Assembly (NCBI GenBank): GCA_010909165.1
Contig: VJWM01000326.1
Location: 1 to 64,000, forward strand
Length of the DNA stretch: 64,000 nucleotides
Reading direction: 5' to 3'
Source of the DNA: Anthoceros angustus
Lineage: Eukaryota > Plantae > Anthocerotophyta
Position 1 is the stretch's first letter. The number at the start of each line of letters is the position of its first letter. Of the stretch, positions 1 to 9,924 are shown piece by piece. Below the pieces are notes generated by a model. The model had not been told where the DNA came from, made no database searches, and worked only from the letters and a program-made list of their open reading frames with translations. The translations under genes were made by a program, and so were the position numbers.

Positions 1-1305
1 AATTTTCATTTCGGAAATTCCACAGGAGGTCCTCGACATGATGGATGGGGAGATAAGAAGCCTAATGCCAAGAGCATGGTTGGAAGATTTTGACAGCATC
101 AAGGAGTCAAGTGGGAGGTTCTTTGCTAAGATTGTGTTGGGATTGGTAGAATTACTAACAGCATCTTTATTTCAAAGACCAATTCTTTCAATTCTTGTGG
201 AAGAATTTCGCGAGGAGCCAAGCCAAAAACTTGATTGGGGACTATTCATGTATGGAGGCCCACATCCACCAAGGCTGGAGAAGCTCAAGCCAATACTGCG
301 TGGATGAGGAGGGCAGCAAGGCACCATGCTGGGCGGCGCTTTAGGCCGCCATCGCCGTGGCCTTGGGTGGAAGAGACTGGATGGGCGGCACAGGGCTCTA
401 CTGACCAAGAAGGATGGCCCGAGGAATGCTTGAAGGCATGGAAATTATCCACCTTAGCCAAACTTGAGAGGCCTTCATGCCTGGGGGCACTTGAGGAAGA
501 CCCTTAGGAGATTTGCCGAGCCTCCCTGTGGAGGTACTCAGGCCAAGGATTGATCTAAGGGGCTAGGGCGATAACAAACTTCCCCTATGATTGGGCATGC
601 AGGGAGGAAATTCGGGCAAACAAGGCCTGTGGAGATGACGTGAGCAACAGAGTGAGGGACCAGATCGTGGTTGGGCTGGAGGCCATGGAATTCCAAGCGT
701 GTATAGACAGGCGTGCCTGCACTTGGAGAAGAGGTCAGGAGAAGCTTTAAGGACCTCAGACCAGAGGGCGAGCTGGAGAAGGTCTTGAGGAAGGTAGTCT
801 CATGACGGGCAAGAGCGAATCGGCAACAAACTCTAATGGGGATGGACATGGAGGCAAAGGCAGAGGAGCATTTTTGCCCAACTAGAATAGGAGGCAAGAA
901 GCAAGGCGAGGCTCTAGGAGAGAGAAGCGGGCGGTCCAATCCCACCCTTGGAACTGCAGGAGCGAGGTGATGGTACTCAAAGCAACCAAAATTCAGGGAC
1001 AGGAAGAGGAATTACGGAAGACCTCGGCTCAATTTGGAGAGAAGGCGATTAGGCTTTCAAGACCGCAGTGCAAGAGCCGGAGGCGAGAAGGTTGCTCAAG
1101 GGGAGGAGAGGGAGAGACTTGCCCGACCGGCATTCGCGCCTTTAGCGGACTTGGAGCGGAGGAGGTCCCAGATGGAGGAGCACCACAAGAAGGTGGGTAC
1201 CTCGGGATGCAAGGCAGAGGAAGCCGAGACACCGATTAGTGCCCCATTATGCCCTTGAAGGAAAGTGCTGTGAGGCACCCAGGCAGGATTTGCAAGGGAG
1301 GAGAG

Positions 1306-1490
1306 GGTAGGAGAAACTCCTACCATGGTAGGAGAGGGTAGGAGAAACTCCTACCATGGTAGGAGAAACTCCTACCATGGTAGGAGAGGGTAGGAGAAAC
1401 TCCTACCATGGTAGGAGAAACTCCTACCATGGTAGGAGAAACTCCTACCATGGTAGGAGAAACTCCTACCATGGTAGGAGAGGGTAGGAG
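1306..1490. repeat. Tandem array of palindromic unit GGTAGGAGAAACTCCTACCAT (21 bp) with GGTAGGAGAG interruptions
   Basis: Directly visible; arms GGTAGGAG and CTCCTACC are reverse complements. Confidence 0.95.
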
Positions 1491-1767
1491 AAGGCCAATA
1501 ACGCAGGAATTCTTGCGGCATGGACTCAAGAGAGGGAGGGACTTTGAGGGTCCTCGCGAATGATGTCCCCCAAGATGCCGCTACTATGGAAGAGCCAGCC
1601 CAAGGCGACGAACTCAACGGGGATGCATGGAGCCACGGAGCGATACATTTGACTCCAGGAGTCCCGGGAAGCGAAGGAGGATGTTCAGGAGACTAGAAGC
1701 GGGCGCCCGAGGGAAGAAGATGGGCGCTGAGAGCAAGGTGGGTGGGCAGCCCACCCTGAAGGGGTCA

Positions 1768-1822
1768 CTACCATGGTAGGAGAAACTCCTACCATGGTAG
1801 GAGAGATCCTACCACCGTGGTA
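1768..1822. repeat. Short palindromic CTACCATGGTAG repeat cluster
   Basis: Same unit as 1306-1490. Confidence 0.85.
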
Positions 1823-1945
1823 GCAAATGCTCCCGGTAGTCTGGGACAGCTACGTGGTGAGCAGGACCCTCGGGCGTAGGTCTGAGCTCAGCACAGGCCT
1901 GGGAAGATGGAAGAGCCGGGTCGCGGCACCCTGTGAGGAGGAGAG

Positions 1946-2110
1946 GGTAGGAGAGGGTAGGAGAAACTCCTACCATGGTAGGAGAGGGTAGGAGAAACTC
2001 CTACCATGGTAGGAGAGGGTAGGAGAGGGTAGGAGAAACTCCTACCATGGTAGGAGAGATCCTACCACCGTGGTAGGAGAGGGTAGGAGAAACTCCTACC
2101 ATGGTAGGAG
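1946..2110. repeat. Tandem array of the 21-bp palindromic unit
   Basis: Repeated ggtaggagaaactcctaccat with ggtaggagag spacers. Confidence 0.95.
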
Positions 2111-2612
2111 AAGGAGACACGCATGGTTCGGCGAATGGATGGATCTTTGAAGATGCTCTATGATAGCATGACAAATCAAACAAGAGGCAAAAGAGCAATG
2201 GAGATTCCGGCCGGGGAAGCCCTCATTCACGAAGAAGGAAGGAGGAGAAACTCCTACCATGGTAGGAGAAAGGGAAAACGCCTACCATGTGGTGCGTGGC
2301 CTCTACCTCGGTAGATCATGGGACTACCGCGGTAGGTGCTTTAGAAAGGAGGCGCGGTGAGGCTGAAGATGGGCGCAGGCACTGTGGAAGGGGCGGCGCT
2401 TCGAGGGTGAAGGGAATCGGGGCGCCACCCACAGAGCAGGAAGAAAGGGGCAGAATGGTACTTGCCCCACAAGCTAGGAAGATCTTGCTGGGGTGGTGAC
2501 GCGTCTCCTACGGGTTGGCTCCCTCGCCCTCTTTTTGCTCCTGTCCCCTCCCCATATCTTGTCAAGGACCATAAGTGAGCTTTGGAGAATGGGAAGGATA
2601 GGTGATGTAGCA

Positions 2613-2690
2613 TGACATCCTTTAAGAATGATCTCAGGTGAAGTTGCTAGAATACGTTTACCTGGATCGTGGATGAACTAGATATTAGAT
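2613..2690 (+). repeat. Truncated 5' end of subfamily D LTR
   Basis: Starts TGACATCCTT like the minus-strand D LTR ending at 56743. AGGTGAAGTTGCTAGAATA sits at about the same distance from TG as AGGTGAATTTGCTAGAATA in R LTRs. Confidence 0.6.
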
Positions 2691-2904
2691 GGAGCATGAA
2701 AGTTTGGGCAACAAGCTTAAATGAGTTCGTTTTGAAAGCGGGCCCACACTCTTTGCTAGAAATGGTTTGGTGAAGACATGCAAGGAAATTTTTGCTCCTT
2801 TTGAGCGGGGTTGTAGGACCATGTCGGGAAGGCAGAGGATATGCAGGAAAAGAAACGGGTCAAAAGCGACTCTGGTGAGGAGAAAAGGTAACCTACATGA
2901 GTGG

Positions 2905-3120
2905 TAGGAGGTGTCCTACCGTAGGAGAAACTCCTACCATGGTGAGCGGTGGGAGAGATCCTACCACCGTGGGAGAATGACCTGCTAGTGTTTTGATCAC
3001 CTACCGGTGTAGGAATTCCTACCATGGTAGGAGAGGGTAGGAAGGTATCCTACCGCCGTGGGAGTAACTCCGTGGTAGGAGAAGGAAAACGCCTACCATG
3101 GTAGGAGGATGTCCTAACAC
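2905..3120. repeat. Chain of GTAGGAG/CTCCTAC hairpins with variable loops at the start of the R 3' module
   Basis: Same cluster recurs at ~8920-9140, 18235-18455, 34630-34865 and 44840-45100. Confidence 0.85.
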
Positions 3121-3344
3121 GAGATGAGGTAGGATGTGATGAGATAGTTCTAAGGAAGTAGCTTATGTTTTAGGCAGGATAGGCTTGCTATATATAGAGT
3201 CTTTTAGTGGACTAGATAAATAGGCCAAAATAGGTAATTAAGAAATTAGAGGCTAATTTTCAGTAATTAGAAATTAGAAAAATAGGGGAAAATGGTATTT
3301 TAGTATAAGGGAATTAGGAAACTAACATCAACGGTGAGAAAGGG

Positions 3345-3416
3345 GCCACGTGGCACACATCCAAGGGCAGGATAGAATGGTAGTTACTTTTTCTAACCCT
3401 TGGGTGACTTATAAAA
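3345..3416 (+). promoter_or_regulatory. Putative internal promoter: GCCACGTGGC (G-box/ABRE) followed by TATAAAA
   Basis: GCCACGTGGC at 3345-3354 and TATAAAA at 3410-3416, after an AT-rich tract and ~460 bp upstream of the accessory ORF ATG. Also seen at 18653/18716, 35060/35125 and 45288/45353; GACGTGGC variant in copy 2. Function is inferred. Confidence 0.5.
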
Positions 3417-3877
3417 GTGGGCTGCTGGGAGGCCACAACTCGAAACTTGAGGCGGCCTCACGGAAGGCGCCACCTCAAGCTGCCCAAGGCCCCATACAGC
3501 AACGCGTACGCGCCCTGCTGAGGAGGAGAAGGAGGCGCAAGCTCGGCAAGGCGAGAGCGCCCAAGAGAGAGGAAGGAGGAAAAGAGAAGAAGGTTGGGCG
3601 CAACCCAACACTTGCCAAGCTCGTGAGGGTGCCTAGGAGGGTGGAGCGTGGCAAGATTGCTAGGAAACCGTGCAGGAAGGGCTCCTAAATTGCAAGTGTA
3701 AGAGTCCTGAAATGAGCTTTCTCTTGCGATCGGTTTCGCCAAGGTGTAAGAGGCTAGAGAGCAAGGCAAGGACCTTTGAGCTGTGAGCAAGAGCAAATCA
3801 CCGAGGAGGAAGGAGGAGGTCGCAGGGTGCAGGAGAGGCATCACTTTTCTTCAATTTACGTGCTAACCAAGGAGGCC

Positions 3878-6585
3878 ATGACCAAGCCTACCATGACCAA
3901 GCAAGGAGGTAGTAGCCAAGGAAGGAGCGTCCACCAAGGGAGGTGGCGCGAGGCAAGAAGGTCTAAGGCGGAGGATCAGAGAGGTGGAAATTTGACATGC
4001 CCTTTCGTGCTATGCGCATCCTCTAGAGACCTTGACTTTTGACCTTGGGCAGCGAGGAGAATATTCAGCTAGAGTGGGTGTATGGCGTGGTCTTACACCA
4101 ACCTTGAATTGATAGAGAGTGTTTTGCTAATCAGCAGACGGAAGAGGAATTGGCACACGGATAGCATACGGATCCACGGTGTTGGGGTGGAGCATACGCG
4201 TATATGGCGGCGGATAGCGAGGATAGCGGAATCACGTTGATGGAAGGAACGAGTGGAGGCAAGCGTGCATCAACGGCGGATCTTCCCAAGGGAGCCCTTA
4301 CACTTATGCAAGGGGCATGAAGGCTAAGTCCAGAACGGTTGGCGACGGACCAAATCTTGGAGCCCAAGTGGAGATTGTTCACAAGAATTGTTTTGGGCTT
4401 GGTGAGCAATCCAAGGGTGTCATATTTCAGCACTACCTTCCTCCATTTTCTATGGAAGATCACTCAAGGAGCGAAGCCGGATTGGGGCTCATCATGTATG
4501 AAGCATACACCTACCACCGGGAAGTTCGAAACCCAACGCGTCGGATGAAGGCGGTCAAGCTATCTTAGCACTTATCTAGTGCATTTGTGGGAAGTAGAGG
4601 GCTACTCACAAGTAAGGAGTTGGATGATTCCAAGCATCCCTTTAACATTACTTACGGCCGGGAGAGGGACAGGAGTGCTTGGTGCTTTGCTAAAGGAGGT
4701 GCCGCACCACAGGACATTATTGCCGGAAGGAATCCCTCAAAAGATAGGCGGAGGATGTGCGGAGGACTTGCAAGGAGAAGTTGTAGGATTTGAAGTTTGG
4801 ACCGCGGAGGATGCGGAGATGGAAGGTAGGATAGATCCTACCATGGCGGGAATCCCGCGAGGGTGGGAGGTGTTCCACGGTGGTTTGGGACCCCTCCTCT
4901 CATGACAAGACTACGGTGGCGGGAATTAGTCCTACCACGGTAGGAAGTAGTCTACGGTAGGAGCACCTCCTACCACGGTAGGAGGAAAGGAAGTCACGGT
5001 TTGGAAGCTCCCAAGAGGGAGATAAGAAGGCAACCGGCCCGTTAGGTGGGCGAGCGGATGGAGTCACGGTGGGAGTTGCCCCAAGTGATGGCGGGGAGCT
5101 CATCATAGGGAAGCAAGGGATGTAAGATCCCATGAGCAAGGCAAAGGCCTTGAGTCTCCGGAGGTAAGAAAGGAGACTTGGACATGTTGGAGGAGATGTC
5201 ATGGGGAGATGTTCAGCAAGGTAGATAGGAGCCGCCAAGAGGAGGAGTTGAATTCTTGAAGACGGAGGCGGAAGACAAGGACCTACCAAGCAAGGGAAAT
5301 TGCGGGTAGGCGGCGGAAACCCAGGCGGGGAGGATGTTATGAGGATGGAAGCTCAAGTGGAGCACTTGGAAAAGAGTCTTGAAACAAGGCGGCAGGAGGC
5401 AAACCATCATATTCGGAGAACAAGGCTCTTACCAAGCAATTGGCTCGAGAGGAGAAGGTGGAGCAACTTGCTCACATGGTGCGCATGGAAAAGAAGGAAG
5501 ACAAGCAAGTGCTGCTAATGGAGGAAAGGTCAAGACGAGAGCAATCTCTGCAAATGAGGCCAAAAGGCAAGTAGGCGCACATGAGCGGGTCATAGCCACA
5601 ATGAAGATTAGTGACATGGAAAAGGAGCTGGGAGAAATCCGGAGGCTGGAATTGAAGGAAGAAGAGCTGGAACGGACACATTTTGTCCAAAGATTGGAAA
5701 TGGAACGAGAAGTCCAGAACGGAATGCACAACTCCCTAGGAGGATAGGGGAGTTGGAGGAAGAAATGGCAAAGGAGAAAGGCCGTCATGAGGCGGTTGCA
5801 TATGTTGGCGGTGAGGAGGCGAGATTTGGTGATTATGCCCTACAAGAGATTGATCCGCCAAGATGAGAGGACGGAGAATGTGGCTCTCCATGTCAAGGCT
5901 GAGTGAGCGCCTTGGGCGAGATGCTTACAAAAGCAAGTGTGAGCATGGAGTATGGCTTGAGGATTACGAAGAATTGGAGATGGCACAACAACGATTTGCA
6001 GCCCATCTTCACAACAAGGTGCTCAAGGCCACTAACGAGAGTTGTTGCGACTTCTTGAGAGGAGGATGTTGGGACCTCATGACGATGATAGGGGAGGCCC
6101 TCATGCAAGTCCAACCGGAAGCCTTAGACTTGGAGAGTGTCCCAAGCAAGGGGTGAAGACTTCCACTGTGGAGGGGTGAGGGGAGAAGCTGCAGTGGAGA
6201 ATCACCCAGGTAAGGAAGAAGAAACACCGGTAGGAACTCCTACCGTGGTAGGAGGACTACCGTGGTAGGAGGACTCCGTGGTGAGAAGGTCCTACCATGG
6301 TAGGAGGGCCGGAAGAAGCGGATTCAAAGGTGCTAGCATGGATTTGACGGCAAGGAGGCGAGTACCTTGGCCCTTGCAGAAAGAAGGAAGAGGGGTTGAT
6401 CTTGCGGGGAATGGAGCAAGAATCACAAGGAGAAGACCAACCTCCTAACATGGGTGCGAGAGCTCACTTGCTCCACAAGTGAGGAAGAGGAGAAGGCGAG
6501 GATGAGCCGGTGGCTAAGAGAGCCGGGCTATTTTATTGGAGGAAGGAACTCAAGATAGGCATCAAGATAAGGAAGGGATTCATAA
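3878..6585 (+). pseudogene. Family R accessory (env-position) ORF, frameshifted, copy 1
   Basis: Starts ATGACCAAGCCTACCATG and ends ...DKEGDS*. Peptide blocks are shared with the other four copies in shifting frames. Confidence 0.7.
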
Positions 6586-6699
6586 GAAGTCCTTAAATTA
6601 GCTTGAAGACATGGGGCAAGATGCCACTTGGGAAGACTTTTCTTTAGAGGAGGAGGCATTAATGCTTGTCAGAGAGTGTGTTGACTAGCTAGATAGGAA

Positions 6700-7709
6700 T
6701 GTTGGGGAGCCATTAAGGCTCACATAGGTGAATTTGCTAGAATAGAATTTTACCCAAGATGCTTGGATGTCGAACTTAAAATCGTGAGGATACACTAAAA
6801 TAAGGAGTAAGGCGGTGCAGGAGGGCGCTGAGGAGGCATGTGAGGACCTCCCTATAAAAGGAGGAGCTTGTGAAGTAAAATTATCGTGCTCCCATCCTCC
6901 CGAGTCCTTCACTTTGTGTGAATTTCGTCGCAAGCCAACGCAGAGGAGAGGAGAAGCGGCGGTCGGAGTCGGGCGGAGGGCTTGCTCTTTGCGCCGCTAG
7001 CTCCCCTTGTGAATGGTTGCTGTGTGAATTGTTTTGCTTTGAGTGTGTGGCGATGCTCAAGGAACTCTCGGCTTGAGGGTAGACTGCAGGGAAAGACTCC
7101 CTGGAGGTTCTCGCTGTCTGGTACAAACCACATAGCAACCGGCCCAAGGAAGAACTCGTTAATTTCCGGACGGACCCAGATTGTGCCGTAAGGCGAGTTG
7201 GAATTAATGAGCCAGCAATTGGTGTTAGAGTAGGAGATTGTGGAGGAAGGAAGGGGTAGATGAGTAGAGAAGAAGAGGCGTTGTTGATTGAGAGAGTTGT
7301 GAGGAGGATTAGTGTAGGAAAAGCGGAGGCCAGTGAGCCTAAGGGACGAATCCCAAATCGCAAGTAAGAGGCGCTCACGTGTGGAGAAGAGTGTCTTAGG
7401 AGTAGGGACGGTTGCGGTGTGGGTCGGGGTCCACAGGCGCCCGTGATAGACACTTCTCTAAGACGTAACTGCAATTGTGTGGTGTCGTTGTAGGTTGAGG
7501 TTTGGTGAGTTCTGAAGCGGCGGATAGCCGTAGAGGAGCGTGAGAGGCGCCTTGTTTAGAAGGCTGAGGTAGTGTGTAGTGCGGTAGTGACGGATTTCTC
7601 AAGATTCGTTCCCCAAGTCTCATGGGACGAAACCCAAGCGTCTGGCAGCAGTGGGATAAGTGTGGCCGCTAGAGGTGCATCTCGGAGTGCCCGGGGTTTT
7701 CCTCCCACA
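6700..7709 (+). repeat. Family R LTR 1
   Basis: TGTTG...CTCCCACA termini, TATAAAA at 6853-6859, homologous to the other ~1-kb LTRs. Confidence 0.85.
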
Positions 7710-7764
7710 AGATCTCGACTTGCTCCTTAGGGAGGTGGCTTACTAGCGGGAGGTTGATGTGAGG

Positions 7765-8385
7765 ACCTCCTCAAGAGCTCAAAGTCCCACATTCTTCGCG
7801 AGCTCCGAGTTGGAAGCGCCAAGCGTCTTTAGTGAAATCCTCAAGAGGAATTGGCGGAGTGCTTATGGAGGCTCATCGCAACCAGACTCCCCGGGGAGGA
7901 GTTGTGAATGTTTGCTTTGAGTGTGTGGCGATGCTCAAGGAACTCTCGGCTTGAGGGTCCTCAGGGAAAGACTCCACAGGTTCTCACGATGCACACCATG
8001 CCAAGGAAGCTTTTGGTGTGTACCCAGACAGCTCCTGGAATGGGCTAAACTAGTTGGGGCAGGAAGGAGGAGATGGTATTTTTGTTATAACCACACGGGC
8101 CACCTCGAATCCCAACTGCAGTGGCACTCCACACATGGAGAGATGGTCTTAGGAGTAGGGACGGTTGCGGTGTGGTTCCCACCGCCCGTGATCTCACACC
8201 ACACTAATTTTGTGCTTGAGGCGTGGTGAATAGAGGAAGAGGAGGAGGAAGAAGAGGGCGCCTTGCTTGTTTAGAAGGGTATAGTGCCCTCTGGCGATTG
8301 TCAACCCACCACACAAGTCTCATGAAAAAACCCACTTTTACGTGGGATAGTGTGCGCTAAGCCTCAAGCCCTTTTCCTCCACATA
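7765..8385 (+). repeat. Highly degenerate second LTR-like copy immediately after LTR 1
   Basis: Contains LTR landmarks tgtgaggacctcc, ttgctttgagtgtgtggcgatgctcaaggaactctcggcttgagggt and ttaggagtagggacggttgcggtgtgg, and ends cctccaca. Boundaries approximate. Confidence 0.65.
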
Positions 8386-8419
8386 AAGCATGATCTGTTG
8401 CTAGCCCTCAATCTTGTAA

Positions 8420-8700
8420 CAGCCCACAATCATGGGCCTCTTCCATGACTCTTACAAGGAGTCCGCCCTTGCATGGAACAAGGTGTGAGCCTCCCAACGC
8501 ATGAAATTCTGCCTTAAAGCAGCCAAGTCTTGGAATCCCACTCCAGGGAATCCATGAAGGAATGCTCTTCCTCGCCTTCAATCTTGTGAAGTAAATGATA
8601 CCTCATCCACCGCCATCCTTGATTAAAGGACGTAGATTCTCTTCACTAACATCTGCACAATTTCTTTTGAGTTGACTTGAGCTTGTCACATAGTCTTCCT
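8420..8700 (-). pseudogene. Possible Ty3/gypsy gag fragment
   Basis: Hand translation gives SFMDSLEWDSKTW and ADSL*ESWKR, loosely like the gag F..SL...A..W and ESL.EAWER motifs. Weak. Confidence 0.25.
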
Positions 8701-9924
8701 CGTGAAGAAGTGCAGCCTCTCCCAAGTTATGGTGTCAAAAGTTTGGGCAACTAGCTTAAATGAGTTGCAAACAGCCCACTCTTTTGCTAGAATGGTTTGG
8801 TGAAGACATGCAAGGAAATTTTTGCTCCTTTTGAGCGGGAGTTGTAGGACCATGGGAAGGCAGAGGATATGCAGAAAGCGGGTCAAAACGACCTCGGTGA
8901 GGAGAAAAGGTAACCTGAGTGGTAGGAGGTGTCCTACCACCGTAGGAGAAACTCCTACCATGGTAGACGAGGGTAGGAGAGATCCTACCACCGTGAGAAT
9001 GACCCCTAGTGTTTTGATCACCTACCGGTGTGGGATTAGTAGGAGAGGGTAGGAAGGTATCCACCGTGGGAGTGACTCCTACCGTGGTAGGAGAAAGGGA
9101 AGCTACCATGGTAGGAGGTGTCCTACCACGGTAGGAGATGGGTTCTAAGGAAGGTAGCTTATGTTTTAGGCGATAGGCTTGCTATATATAGAGTCTTTTA
9201 GTGGACTAGATAAATAGGCCAAAATAGGTAATTAAGAAATTAGAGGCTAATTTTCAGAATTAGAAATTAGAAAATAGGGAAATGGTATTTTAGTATAAGG
9301 AATTAGGAAACTAACATCAACGGTGAGAGGGGACGTGGCACACATCCAAGGGGCAGGATAGAATGGTAGTTACTTTTCTAACCCTTGGGTGACTTATAAA
9401 AGTGGTGTGCTGCAGGAGGCCACAACTCGAAACTTGAGGAGGCCTCCACGGAAGGCGCCGCCACACTCAAGCTTCCCAAGGCCCCCATACAGCCGCGCCC
9501 GACGCATCCTGAGGAGGAGAAGGAGGGCGCTCAACAAGGAGGCGGAAATCGCGCCCAAGAGAGAGGGGAGGAGGAAGAAGAGAAGGAGAAGAAGGTTGGG
9601 CAACCCAACACTTGCCAAGCTCGTGAGGGTGCCTAGGAGGGTGGAGCGTGGCAAGATTGCTAGGAAACCGCAGGAAGGGCTCCTAAATTGCTGGCAGTGT
9701 GTAAGAGTCCTGGGGAATTTTGGTGAGCTTTGCAGGAGAAATCGGGGTTTTGGGGACGCCAAGGTGTAAGGACTGCAGGAGGAGAGCAAGGGGCAAGGAC
9801 CTTTGAGCTGTGAGCAAGAGCAAATCAGAGGAGGAGAAAACGTTTGCAAGGATAGGAAGTCAGCCGCAGGAATTGCAGAGGCATCACTTTTCTTCAATTT
9901 CTGCAAGTACTAACCAAGGAGGCC

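Larger units (their letters stand above)
1..2612 (+). mobile_element. 3' internal region of diverged Athila-like subfamily D (degenerate accessory-ORF homolog)
   Basis: ORF 38-307 contains RFFAKIVLGLV...KLDWGLFMY, matching RLFTRIVLGLV...KPDWGLIMY of the family R accessory ORF. 1850-2670 aligns by eye, inverted, to 56690-57500. Confidence 0.7.
2690..7709 (+). mobile_element. Family R 3' module + LTR, copy 1
   Basis: Collinear with copies at 8736-13852, 18020-23183, 34424-39798 and 44625-53999 (shared landmarks such as aaagtttgggcaacaagcttaaatgag, cccaacacttgccaagctcgtgaggg, cataagaagtccttaaattagc). Confidence 0.9.

Noticed and set aside
2905-3120. CRISPR-like array (palindromic repeats with variable spacers)
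   Set aside because: Spacers are only a few bases, are the same in all five element copies, sit inside a plant-type retrotransposon, and no cas genes are present.
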